A stretch of DNA of 64,000 nt from the NCBI GenBank assembly GCA_029261035.1, contig JAJDCD010000008.1:230882-294881 (forward strand). The letters are read 5' to 3'. This stretch comes from Candidatus Omnitrophota bacterium (GTDB lineage Bacteria; Omnitrophota; Omnitrophia; Omnitrophales; JACROU01). The position numbers and the translations under genes were made by a program. The notes under the pieces were generated by a model, which saw nothing but the letters and a program-made list of their open reading frames with translations, ran no database searches and was not told the origin of the DNA. The stretch's first letter is position 1. Each line of letters opens with the position of its first letter. This document shows positions 8,400-17,736 of the stretch, one piece after another.

Positions 8400-9656
8400 T
8401 TGAACAAGAAAGCCGCTCTCTTCACCGTTTTTTTAGCAGTCCTCATAGACCTTATGGGTTTCGGACTCGTTCTCCCATTAATTCCTTTTTATGCTACAAA
8501 ATTCAATGCAACACCTATAACAATTGGACTTCTTTACAGTGTTTACTCCTTCGCCCAACTCATCTGCTCTCCTATCTGGGGGAGTTTTTCAGATCGATTT
8601 GGAAGACGACCTATTATGCTCATAAGCACTCTAGGCGCGTCAATCGCTTATCTTATATTTGGTTTCGCTAACTCGATACTTATCCTCTTTATATCTCGAC
8701 TCTTTGCCGGCGTGATGGGTGGAAATATTTCTGCAGCTCAAGCCTACGTAGCAGATGTTACATCTCATGAAGATCGCGCTAAAGGCATGGGGCTCATCGG
8801 AGCCGCTTTTGGAATTGGGTTTTTATTTGGCCCTGCCATCGCTTCTGTATTAATCCACCCAAAGTTCATGAGTTTTTTTAACATTCCGGAAAATTATAAA
8901 TTTTTAATCCCAGGATTATTTGCTTCAGCCTTATCTCTAATAAGTTTCTTTTTTGTTCTATTCAAACTTCCAGAAACAGTCAAAAAAGGTGCCCCCTCTG
9001 AAGAAGTCGATCCAGAACGAATCTCGAAATCTAGCATCTTCAGCAAATCCTTTTGGGTTTCTATCTTGGCAGAAAAACCATCAGGCACACGATATATCCT
9101 TCCCATTTTAATTGGATGTATCTTCTTATTCTCTTTTGGTCAAGCCAGCCTCTATAGCTCGTTTCCTTTATTCTGTAAATTTCAGCTAGAAATCCCTGTA
9201 GAAAAAGTTGGGCTTCTTTTTGCTTTTATGGGCCTCATTGCCATCTTTGTTCAGGGTGGTCTAATTCGAATCTTAGTTAAGAAATACAGTGAAGAACCTG
9301 TGTTTTTAACAGGCAGCGTTTTAATGGTAATCGGCTTTGCCCTTATTCCTTGTGCTCAATCTAGAAATCAATTACTTTTAGTATTAGTTCCCCTTGCTCT
9401 TGGTGGCAGCTTAACAGCCCCCACACTCACTAGCTTTATCTCCAAAGAAGCAGATCCAAAACGTTTAGGACAAGCAATGGGAACCTCTCAAGGGGTATCT
9501 GCTCTTGGAAGAGCTTTAGGTCCTACTTGGGGTGGAATACTTTATGGAATGTCTTTCTTTTTACCTTTTATTGTAACTTCAGGAATTATTGTACTGACAG
9601 TTGTTGCAGGAATTGTTATTTGGAACAACCATAGATCTAAGCAAACTTCCCTCTAA
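8400..9656 (+). CDS. MFS transporter
   Basis: 418 aa, about 12 predicted TM segments, MFS-like motifs (GxxSDRFGRRP); TTG start. Confidence 0.8.
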   Translation: MNKKAALFTVFLAVLIDLMGFGLVLPLIPFYATKFNATPITIGLLYSVYSFAQLICSPIWGSFSDRFGRRPIMLISTLGASIAYLIFGFANSILILFISRLFAGVMGGNISAAQAYVADVTSHEDRAKGMGLIGAAFGIGFLFGPAIASVLIHPKFMSFFNIPENYKFLIPGLFASALSLISFFFVLFKLPETVKKGAPSEEVDPERISKSSIFSKSFWVSILAEKPSGTRYILPILIGCIFLFSFGQASLYSSFPLFCKFQLEIPVEKVGLLFAFMGLIAIFVQGGLIRILVKKYSEEPVFLTGSVLMVIGFALIPCAQSRNQLLLVLVPLALGGSLTAPTLTSFISKEADPKRLGQAMGTSQGVSALGRALGPTWGGILYGMSFFLPFIVTSGIIVLTVVAGIVIWNNHRSKQTSL

Positions 9657-10892
9657 TTACTTTGCGTCAAATATTTCTTTAGAGAACTGCTTTTCGCTTT
9701 TCGCTACAACGCAACTTATGGTCGCATCCCCTGTCACATTAACCGCGGTTCTCATCATATCCAACAATCGATCTACTCCGATAATAAGACCAATACCTTC
9801 AACAGGCAATCCTACTTGATTTAAAACTAAGGCCAACATAATAAGCCCCACACCTGGGACCCCTGCTGTTCCAATCGAAGCAAGCACTGCTGTCAGAACA
9901 ACCATTAGAAAATCAACAGCATCCAATCCAACACCATACGCTTGAGCAATAAATACAGTTGCAACCCCTTGCATAATTGCGGTTCCATCCATATTAATCG
10001 TAGCGCCTAAAGGCAAGGTGAATGACGCAATCGAATTCTTAACACCTAACTTATGTTCACAAGTTTCCAAATTAACCGGAAGTGTTGCATTACTACTAGC
10101 AGTACTAAAAGCAAATAAAATAACATTCCTAAAGTTTCTAAAGAAAACAAGAGGATTTAAACCGCATAAAAATTTTAAAATCAAAGGATAAACAAGGGTT
10201 ATATGCATAAGCAAAACAAGAGTAACAACAAAAAAGTACTTAGATAAAGGAGCAATAGCATCTAAACCCTGCTTAGCAAACACTTGTGCTATCAAGCAAA
10301 AAACACCATAAGGTGCTAATTCCATAATAATTAAAACCATCTTCATAATCACTTCATTCGCAGATTGAAAGAGTTGAAGTACAGGCTTCCCTTTTTCACC
10401 AACTAAGGTTAAGGCCAAGCCGAAAAGGATGGAAAAAACAATAATCTGAAGCATATTCCCTTCAACCATTGCTTTAATAGGATTAGAAGGAAATATATTA
10501 ATAAAAGTTTGTGCTAACGTTGGGGCCTCTTTCATCTGAAAAGAAGTTTCACTCATCAAATTAAAACCAACTCCGGGCTGTATTATTAAAGCCATCAAAA
10601 GAGCCAGACTAATAGCTATAGCAGTTGTTAATATGTACAATCCAAAAGATTTTCCACCGACACGTCCTAACTTCCGAACATCATCCAAAGCAGCCGTACC
10701 ACAAACCAAAGATACAAACACCAGAGGAACAACCAAGAGTTTAAGCAAAGCTAAAAAAACCTTCCCAACAACATGAAAAAATTCATCCACAAAAAAAGAA
10801 GAGAACGCTCCATCAATTCCATTCAGATTAAACGTAACCCCTGTCACAAGCCCTAAAAACATACCCAACAAAATCTTCATGGTTAAACTCAT
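9657..10892 (-). CDS. Dicarboxylate/amino acid:cation symporter (DAACS family)
   Basis: 411 aa multi-TM protein with GltP-like motifs (GTAAL, ATINMDGTA). Confidence 0.8.
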   Translation of the reverse strand: MSLTMKILLGMFLGLVTGVTFNLNGIDGAFSSFFVDEFFHVVGKVFLALLKLLVVPLVFVSLVCGTAALDDVRKLGRVGGKSFGLYILTTAIAISLALLMALIIQPGVGFNLMSETSFQMKEAPTLAQTFINIFPSNPIKAMVEGNMLQIIVFSILFGLALTLVGEKGKPVLQLFQSANEVIMKMVLIIMELAPYGVFCLIAQVFAKQGLDAIAPLSKYFFVVTLVLLMHITLVYPLILKFLCGLNPLVFFRNFRNVILFAFSTASSNATLPVNLETCEHKLGVKNSIASFTLPLGATINMDGTAIMQGVATVFIAQAYGVGLDAVDFLMVVLTAVLASIGTAGVPGVGLIMLALVLNQVGLPVEGIGLIIGVDRLLDMMRTAVNVTGDATISCVVAKSEKQFSKEIFDAK

Positions 10893-10966
10893 GATTTAAT
10901 TCCTTTGTTTATTAGCGTAGAGCGCATAGCGTTTAGTAAAACTTCCTTTTTCTTAACAAGACAACT

Positions 10967-11060
10967 GTCATCCCTCAAAGCTCTCAGCTTAACTATCATC
11001 CCCGAAATCTTTTATCGGGGATCCAGAAATCAAGAACTAGATTCCCTCCTAAGGGGGAAT
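10967..11060. repeat. Composite palindromic intergenic element (ATCCCCGAAA...TCGGGGAT hairpins)
   Basis: Hairpins ATCCCCGAAATCTTTTATCGGGGAT and ATTCCCTCCTAAGGGGGAAT; related to element at 50949-51085. Confidence 0.5.
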
Positions 11061-11077
11061 AACAAGACTTATGATTT

Positions 11078-12382
11078 CTACTTCAAACTCTTCAGGTATT
11101 CGTATGTATAAATCCCCGTTCCATGACCATCACTCCAGTCAAATCGAACACCATAACTTCCTACCTTTTCCATTCCTTTAACAGACACTTCTGAATCTAG
11201 CTGCTCTTTATTTATTCTTCTCTCACCCGAAACCTCATCCACACATTCAGCACAAGCACAAGCTGCTCGCAAATCAAAAGCCTTAAAATTTTGTTCGCTC
11301 CCATCCACCCAAACAACCTTAACTTGCTTATCTGTTGGCAAAGATATTTCTTGCAGCTCACTGAGACTATTAGCTTTATACTCTGTTAACTTTTCTGCAA
11401 TCTTCTTAAACACTAAAGACACTTCAGACTCAGGATCAGACTTAACAATAGGAACCCCTTGATCCGATTGGATGCGAAGCTCTTTTGAGAGTGGAATTTC
11501 TCCTAAAACAGGAATCCCCTTTGAAGCCGCGTACGTTGAAGCCCCTCCCTTACCAAAAATATCTCCTATCATATTTTCTATAAGCCCAATCACAGGCGTA
11601 TTTAATTTTTTAAACATAATCACCGCTTTTTCTGCGACATGAAAAGCCAAGTCCTGAGGCGTAGATACAATAACAGCCCCAGTCAAAGGAATACTCTGGC
11701 ACAAACTCAAATGAACATCTCCAGTACCTGGAGGTAAATCTATAACCAAATAATCTAGCTCTCCCCATTCCACTTGTCCCAAAAACTGCTCTATCATCTT
11801 ATGAAGCATAGGACCTCTCCAGATAACAGCATCATCTTTCGGCAAGAAAAAACCCATAGAAATGATTTTAATCCCATGACAAACAGGAGGAATTATTTTA
11901 CCGTCTTGTTGTAATGGCTTCTCATTAGCACCCATCAAGATCGGAATACTAGGACCATAAACATCGGCATCCATCAAACCCACTTTAAAACCCAACTCAG
12001 AAAGAGCAATTGCTAAATTAGCACTCACCGTCGATTTGCCAACCCCACCCTTTCCACTTGCAACCGGAATAATATTTTTAACCTGAGGAGCCAGCAAGGG
12101 TTTAGGAGGAGCCTGATGAGAATGTTGTCCTTCAGAACCCAACTTAATCTTTAAATCAACATCCACATCTTTAATATCAGGAAGAGTTAATAAAACTTCC
12201 TTAACCTTATCCTTAATTGCATTACGCTCTGGGCTCACGGGTGGGGGTAACTCAATAGAAATAATTGCCTTCGTTCCCTCTAATTCTACTTCCTTCACAA
12301 AACCTAAAGACAAAATATCTTTATCCAAATGCGGATCAATTACCTGAGAAAGCTTCTCTGAAATTTGTTGTTTATCTGCCAT
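11078..12382 (-). CDS. Mrp/ApbC family Fe-S cluster carrier ATPase
   Basis: Deviant Walker A GKGGVGKSTVSANLA, conserved CxxC, N-terminal MIP18-like region; 434 aa. Confidence 0.85.
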   Translation of the reverse strand: MADKQQISEKLSQVIDPHLDKDILSLGFVKEVELEGTKAIISIELPPPVSPERNAIKDKVKEVLLTLPDIKDVDVDLKIKLGSEGQHSHQAPPKPLLAPQVKNIIPVASGKGGVGKSTVSANLAIALSELGFKVGLMDADVYGPSIPILMGANEKPLQQDGKIIPPVCHGIKIISMGFFLPKDDAVIWRGPMLHKMIEQFLGQVEWGELDYLVIDLPPGTGDVHLSLCQSIPLTGAVIVSTPQDLAFHVAEKAVIMFKKLNTPVIGLIENMIGDIFGKGGASTYAASKGIPVLGEIPLSKELRIQSDQGVPIVKSDPESEVSLVFKKIAEKLTEYKANSLSELQEISLPTDKQVKVVWVDGSEQNFKAFDLRAACACAECVDEVSGERRINKEQLDSEVSVKGMEKVGSYGVRFDWSDGHGTGIYTYEYLKSLK

Positions 12383-12462
12383 ATCATCCTCTTTCTAAAC
12401 GATTTAAGATTTATTCTAACATATTAGACCCCTTAATAGGTCCCATGATATAATGAAAGGCT

Positions 12463-13428
12463 ATGATTAAGCTAAAAAACTTCACTCTTAAAAGCAACGT
12501 AATCCAATCCCCTATGGCTGGCTGCACCGATATCGCATTCAGACTATTGGCCAGACAATACGGAATGGAGTTCGCCTTCTTAGAAATGGTCTCCTCAGAG
12601 TCTCTCGTTCGAAAAACAGAAAAAACATTTCGCCTTTTAAAAAGCGTAGAAGCAGACAAGCCTTTAGGAGCTCAAATTGTTGGCTGTAACCCTGACGTTA
12701 TGGGTGAAGCTGCTAGTATGGTAGAAGACCTTGGATTTGACCTCATAGACATTAATATAGGTTGTCCTGTACCCAAAATCACAGGGCCTGGTGGAGGCTC
12801 TGCTCTTTTAAGAGAACCCAAAACAGCAGCAGAAGTGATCCGTAAAGTTGTTAAGAGTGTAAAAAACATCCCCGTTACCGTAAAAATGAGAAAAGGCTAC
12901 GCAGATCCATCAGGAGATGAAGCCGTTAATATTGCAAAAATTGCAGAAGACGTAGGCGCATCCGCCGTCACTGTTCACGGAAGAACGAGAGAACAAGGTT
13001 ACTCCGGCATCGCGGATTGGGAAGCTATAGGTAAAGTAAAACGAGCGATTAAAATTCCCGTATTCGGAAATGGAGACGTCAATAATGGCGAAGACGCTCA
13101 AAGGCTGATAGACATCAGTGGTTGCGATGGGGTCATGATTGGAAGAGGAGCTCTAGGAAATCCTTGGATATACAAATCCATTGAAAACACCCTAAACAAA
13201 AAAGCGAATCCTGCTTACTCCCCATCAACAGAAGAACAAAGAGAAGCTGCTCTAAAACATTTAAAATTAGAAATTGAATATGAAGGCGAAAAAATTGGTG
13301 TGTTGAAATGTCGAAGAATGATTTGTTGGTACTTCAAAGAACAAGCTGGAATTGCAAAGTTTAGAGCCAAAATTAACAAAGCAACAACATTTAATGAAGT
13401 AGAAGACTTAATTCTGAATTTTGGATAG
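12463..13428 (+). CDS. tRNA-dihydrouridine synthase
   Basis: Dus signature (SPMAGCTD, TVHGRTREQ, catalytic Cys in DINIGCP); 321 aa. Confidence 0.85.
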   Translation: MIKLKNFTLKSNVIQSPMAGCTDIAFRLLARQYGMEFAFLEMVSSESLVRKTEKTFRLLKSVEADKPLGAQIVGCNPDVMGEAASMVEDLGFDLIDINIGCPVPKITGPGGGSALLREPKTAAEVIRKVVKSVKNIPVTVKMRKGYADPSGDEAVNIAKIAEDVGASAVTVHGRTREQGYSGIADWEAIGKVKRAIKIPVFGNGDVNNGEDAQRLIDISGCDGVMIGRGALGNPWIYKSIENTLNKKANPAYSPSTEEQREAALKHLKLEIEYEGEKIGVLKCRRMICWYFKEQAGIAKFRAKINKATTFNEVEDLILNFG

Positions 13429-13544
13429 TGACTGTCACTTGCCTACATTACTCAGAGCAAAGTGACTGTCACTATCCACAAATCACTCACAAGTGACAGT
13501 CACCAAGGTCTATGCTTACATAGCCTGATGACAGTCACTTTTTC
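13427..13544. repeat. Array of four 13-bp palindromes AGTGAC(T/A)GTCACT between convergent dus and maf
   Basis: Copies at 13427-13439, 13461-13473, 13492-13503, 13527-13539 with 31-35 bp spacing; last copy followed by T5; outer and inner pairs can form nested hairpins. Confidence 0.6.
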
Positions 13545-14110
13545 AACTCTTTAAGCATCTCTTTCAACAACTCTCTTGGCAACCCAATCACATTAGAATA
13601 AGAACCCTTATACCACTCCACAATCTTAGGGCTTTTCTGGATTGCATATCCCCCCGCTTTATCTAACGGATCTACTTTTTGTACGTACTCATCAACAGCT
13701 CTCTCACTCAGTCTTTTAAACTTAATCTCTGTCTCATCATAGCTTGCCAAAACTTCATTATGTTTATAATCAATAAAAGCAACCCCGGTCATAACGATAT
13801 GTTTTTTTCCAGACATAGTAGACAACATTCTCTTAGCTTCCGCAATACTCTTGGGTTTTCCTAAAATACGATTATTAAAATAAACAATCGTATCAGAACC
13901 TAAAACCAAACCTTTTTTCACAGGAAGTTTTGCTTTTTCTGCTTTTCCTAACGCATGAAGAATAACTAATTTCTCCGGAGAAACACCCTTCATAGGACGT
14001 TCTTTATATGTTGATGGAACTCTTTTATAACGAAGCCCCATCTTCTCTAACAACTCACCTCTTCGCGGAGATTGAGACGCTAGATAAATCAATGGGTTAT
14101 TTCTCTTCAT
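13535..14110 (-). CDS. maf: Maf-like nucleoside triphosphate pyrophosphatase
   Basis: LASQSPRR and GSDTIV motifs; start placed at internal Met (MKRNNPLIYLAS) because the listed ORF start overlaps the upstream gene. Confidence 0.8.
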   Translation of the reverse strand: MKRNNPLIYLASQSPRRGELLEKMGLRYKRVPSTYKERPMKGVSPEKLVILHALGKAEKAKLPVKKGLVLGSDTIVYFNNRILGKPKSIAEAKRMLSTMSGKKHIVMTGVAFIDYKHNEVLASYDETEIKFKRLSERAVDEYVQKVDPLDKAGGYAIQKSPKIVEWYKGSYSNVIGLPRELLKEMLKELKK

Positions 14111-14285
14111 CCATCTGCTCCTTTTTCTTTTTCGACCCTGCAATTAGCATCATAACGCCTAAAGTAAAAAAAGAAAGAAAACTGATCATTGCCCAAACAA
14201 GACTTCTCTGAGAACCCGTAATAAACGCAAATAAAAAGAAAACAATAGCCGGCAACGTATAACTAACAAAATGCTTCATCCCCAC
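14097..14285 (-). CDS. Small hypothetical membrane protein (2 TM)
   Basis: 62-aa ORF with two hydrophobic segments and a K/E-rich tail; no recognisable family. Confidence 0.35.
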   Translation of the reverse strand: MGMKHFVSYTLPAIVFFLFAFITGSQRSLVWAMISFLSFFTLGVMMLIAGSKKKKEQMDEEK

Positions 14286-14330
14286 CCCTTTAACTCCAAA
14301 AAAAGATCGTTACACAAGTAACGATACAAC

Positions 14331-14600
14331 CCTAAATCCTATCCAAACACTCTCAGAACTGACAACGCCTTTATCCCACTCCACAAATAAAATTCCTAAA
14401 AATAACAATGCGTTTCGTTATTTAATTAATAACGAAACACTATAAACCCAAGAAACAATAGTTGCTCGATGCAACTCTTGTTTCAACCCCTAACACCCCA
14501 CAAAAGTTATTAACTTAAAGGAAAATGGAATATTTCCGCCGCGAGTTGCGCAGCCCAAAGGGCGAGCATGTCTGAGCGCCGGAAACATTCCATTTTCCGA
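14331..14600. repeat. Intergenic structured repeat element, copy 2
   Basis: Second copy of the 4559-4823 element; stem GGAAAATGGAATATTTCCG / CGGAAACATTCCATTTTCC encloses the same conserved core. Confidence 0.6.
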
Positions 14601-14621
14601 CTCACCCCAATAACTCCCCCG

Positions 14622-16808
14622 CTACGTAGAACTCACCTTAGACCCACCACCCTCTCTAACCATATCAAACTTACTAGGACTCCACTCTCTTCTCAAAGGA
14701 ACCCCCGCAAGATAAGGAAGAACAAAAATAGCAACAAGCGGCGCCATACAAGACCCTATAATCACACAAATCCCAAACCGTTGTGTCGGTGGAAAATTAG
14801 AAAGAGCAAAAATGCCAAAACCACTACTAATAATAATCATTGAAAATAAAATAGGTTTCCACAAACGAATTCTTGCCTGAACCCAAGCGTCCCAATACCC
14901 TTGACCTTCTTTCTTAATATACCGCCTCACAAAGATAAGGGTATGAATCATCGCATCCACCCCCATAGCTATAGCCAAATTAACCGAAGGAGTCGAAATA
15001 ATTTCCAAAGGAATTTTAAAATAACCCATCAATCCAAGTAAAGTAAATGGAATTAAACAAAGACTAATAAACATAGCCCAAGTAACACGCATAGATCTGG
15101 ATAAAGAAAGAGACATCAAAACAAAAAGCCCAATCAATAAAGCTAGTCCCATCTGAAGACTTGAAACAATTAACTCAGAAAGTTTTTTCTGGAGTAAATA
15201 AGCTCCGCCTAAAAACTCAGGGATAAATCCATTATCATTCACAATCTGATTAATTTGATTTACAACATTTTCCCGGGTATCTTGACGATTAGCCTCCTTC
15301 ATCCTTAATATAAAAAAACCTTTTTTCCGATCTTTGGTTATAAAATATTTACCCACCTCATCGTATTTGGGCAAATCCATAAATTGCAACAAACGTTCCC
15401 AAGAAATCAACTTCGCGAAAGGAACTCTCCGTGCTTCCGCCATCATAATAGGAAGAGAAATAACCATTCCTACATCCGGGATCGTTTCCAAAGCCCGGTT
15501 CAAATCCCACATTTTCCTATAAGAAGACTCGGTATTTAATCTCACACCTTCTGGCGTATCTATCACTAAATTAACAGGACTACTTCCTCCATTGCTATCC
15601 ACATACTCTATCCCTTCTCTAATTTCTCCTCCCTGCTTAAAATAAGAAATCAAGCTAGGATCCACATTAAGACGATGAATGCCTGAAAATGTCAGAATAC
15701 ATAAAATGATAATAAAGAAAACAGCAATACCATGCTGACGTGATAAAAAATGATGTCTATAATCTTTAATAGGCTTCTTAAGATGTTTCCCCTCACCATA
15801 AATATCGTGAATATGTAAAAACCAAGGGTAAAATAAATACGCAACAACAAAAGCAATACAAGTTCCAATAGCACCACAAACACCCAGGTTTCGAATAGGT
15901 TCCGCCTCGACAAACAAAAGGCTCACAAAACCAAGGAATGTCGTTAACATACTCCAAAAAGAAGCTGTAAAGGTAACTTTAACAGCCTCCCATGAGGCAT
16001 TAGTAATGTCTCCCCCATATTTTACAGAGTATTTCCAGTTAAACGTTAAAAAGACAATATGCGATAACGTTAGAACGAAAACAATAGTAGAAAGGTTAGC
16101 TGTTAAAACCCCAATTTCAAACTTCATGAACTGATTCACAATCAAAGTAAGACAACTTGCATTTGCACAAGCAACAACAGTCCCCAAAACCACCCAAAAA
16201 GAACGAAATATAAGCACCACCACTAGCCCAAATACAATTGCAGAAGCAATGCTGAATTTCTTCAAATCATTCTCTAAGTTTCTGCGGATTAATTCATTAA
16301 TATAAGGAATGCCAGAAATAAGGATCTCAAAACCGTGGGTTTCATATTTACCTTTCAAATACTCTAATTTGGGCACAATTTGATCTGGAGTCACCCCAAG
16401 CTTAAGAAAAATAAGGATATTAGAAGATTCTTTATTCGAAGAAAGTAGCACCCGTTTCCATAAAGGACTCTCAAGAATATCCGTCATATTCTTAGGCCCC
16501 TTGGTCATCGATTGGACAGACGCAACTTCCTCAAAGGTATCAATCTCATCCGTCAACAACTTCATTCTTTCCAGGTAATCAGAGTAAATACTGCCTCGAA
16601 CACTAATTAATACTTGTTGAGGTTGAGGGAAGATCGAAGCAATCTTAGTATCAATTTGAAACTGGGGGTCATCTTCGGAAAAGAAAAAGTTCTCCTCTAC
16701 CTTGGGCTTCAAATCAACATAATTAAACAAAGTAACCAAAGAAACACAAGTAACCCCTATAAAAACAAGGGGTAATATAAGAACCAAAAACTTCTTAAAA
16801 CTATTCAT
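14622..16808 (-). CDS. RND-superfamily exporter (MMPL-like)
   Basis: 728 aa, two clusters of about 6 TM helices separated by large soluble loops. Confidence 0.7.
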   Translation of the reverse strand: MNSFKKFLVLILPLVFIGVTCVSLVTLFNYVDLKPKVEENFFFSEDDPQFQIDTKIASIFPQPQQVLISVRGSIYSDYLERMKLLTDEIDTFEEVASVQSMTKGPKNMTDILESPLWKRVLLSSNKESSNILIFLKLGVTPDQIVPKLEYLKGKYETHGFEILISGIPYINELIRRNLENDLKKFSIASAIVFGLVVVLIFRSFWVVLGTVVACANASCLTLIVNQFMKFEIGVLTANLSTIVFVLTLSHIVFLTFNWKYSVKYGGDITNASWEAVKVTFTASFWSMLTTFLGFVSLLFVEAEPIRNLGVCGAIGTCIAFVVAYLFYPWFLHIHDIYGEGKHLKKPIKDYRHHFLSRQHGIAVFFIIILCILTFSGIHRLNVDPSLISYFKQGGEIREGIEYVDSNGGSSPVNLVIDTPEGVRLNTESSYRKMWDLNRALETIPDVGMVISLPIMMAEARRVPFAKLISWERLLQFMDLPKYDEVGKYFITKDRKKGFFILRMKEANRQDTRENVVNQINQIVNDNGFIPEFLGGAYLLQKKLSELIVSSLQMGLALLIGLFVLMSLSLSRSMRVTWAMFISLCLIPFTLLGLMGYFKIPLEIISTPSVNLAIAMGVDAMIHTLIFVRRYIKKEGQGYWDAWVQARIRLWKPILFSMIIISSGFGIFALSNFPPTQRFGICVIIGSCMAPLVAIFVLPYLAGVPLRREWSPSKFDMVREGGGSKVSST

Positions 16809-16998
16809 TCAGCCTCTCAAAATAAGCACAATTACATTAAGTATTAATAAAATAACAAGTTATACAAATTATACCCTTTTATATGGAAAACAAAAAGAGC
16901 TGTTGTCATTCCGAAAAGAGTAACAGCGCATGTCCACCATCATGTTGGATGGAAAAAATATCGTAGAGATTAAACGAAAATACATAATAAGTCCCTCA

Positions 16999-17048
16999 GA
17001 CAGGCCCGGGCCTCTTATTTTCGAAAAAAGGAGGCCCGGGCCTAAATG
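16999..17048. repeat. Quasi-palindromic repeat with two AGGCCCGGGCCT palindromes (copy 1)
   Basis: AGGCCCGGGCCT at 17002-17013 and 17032-17043 around central TTTCGAAA; same unit at 17479-17528; minus-strand reading gives hairpin plus T-run just after the gene stop (terminator-like). Confidence 0.6.
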
Positions 17049-17066
17049 CATAAATGCACTAACTTA

Positions 17067-17420
17067 TTACTTCCAATTCTTCTTAAATACCACCTCATCA
17101 AAACCCACCGTATGCTTCTTCCCATCACTGATAATAGGTCTTTTAACCAACTTCCCATTCTTAGCTAGTAATTGGACTAAATCAGCCTCTTTCATCGTTT
17201 TAATCTTATCCCTCATATTCATCTCTCGATACAGAACTCCTGACTTATTAAACAAATCCTTAATCCCATAAGTCCCTTCTTTTAATATAGTTACAAATAA
17301 TTTCTTACTTGGAGGCCTAGACGTAATATCGATATCCTTATACTGAATCTTCTTCCCATCCAAGTATTTCTTAGCATTCCTACAAGTTCCACATTTATCA
17401 TACCCATAAAACTCCATCAT
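17067..17420 (-). CDS. ArsC/Spx/YffB-family thioredoxin-fold protein
   Basis: N-terminal YGYDKCGTCRNAKKYL (CxxC) typical of ArsC/Spx family; start placed at internal MMEF. Confidence 0.65.
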   Translation of the reverse strand: MMEFYGYDKCGTCRNAKKYLDGKKIQYKDIDITSRPPSKKLFVTILKEGTYGIKDLFNKSGVLYREMNMRDKIKTMKEADLVQLLAKNGKLVKRPIISDGKKHTVGFDEVVFKKNWK

Positions 17421-17478
17421 CCCAAACTCCCTTCTAGTTAAATGAAATAATTCAGAGACATTATACACACCACCCCAA

Positions 17479-17528
17479 AACAGGCCCGGGCCTGTTTTTT
17501 TCGAAATATTCAGGCCCGGGCCTAAATG
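17479..17528. repeat. Quasi-palindromic repeat with two AGGCCCGGGCCT palindromes (copy 2)
   Basis: CAGGCCCGGGCCTG + T7 (17481-17500), TTTCGAAA, second AGGCCCGGGCCT at 17512-17523; direct repeat of 16999-17048 bracketing the gene. Confidence 0.6.
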
Positions 17529-17670
17529 AAGGAAAAGCAGACAACAATGTTGTCGTAATCCAATAAAATAACAATATTGTAACTATTGTAGATAAAATAC
17601 AATTTTATTTATTTTGATAAATACATATAAATAAAACACTTACAAACATACAGGAAAATATTAAAAACAT

Positions 17671-17686
17671 TGGCACACGCATTGCA
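17671..17686 (+). promoter_or_regulatory. Sigma-54 (RpoN) -24/-12 promoter upstream of amt-glnK
   Basis: TGGCACacgcaTTGCA matches TGGCAC-N5-TTGCA exactly (GG and GC separated by 10 nt), 50 bp upstream of amt ATG. Confidence 0.6.
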
Positions 17687-17736
17687 ATTAGAGCACCGTT
17701 GAATTTTACTAAATTGATAAAGAAAGGATCGAAATT

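Noticed and set aside
14568-14843. 91-aa K/R-rich ORF on plus strand
   Set aside because: Low-complexity basic translation antisense to the RND transporter gene and the repeat element; likely a frame artefact
16930-17271. 113-aa plus-strand ORF overlapping the ArsC/Spx-like gene
   Set aside because: Antisense to a motif-supported gene and spans the GC-rich repeat; no family features
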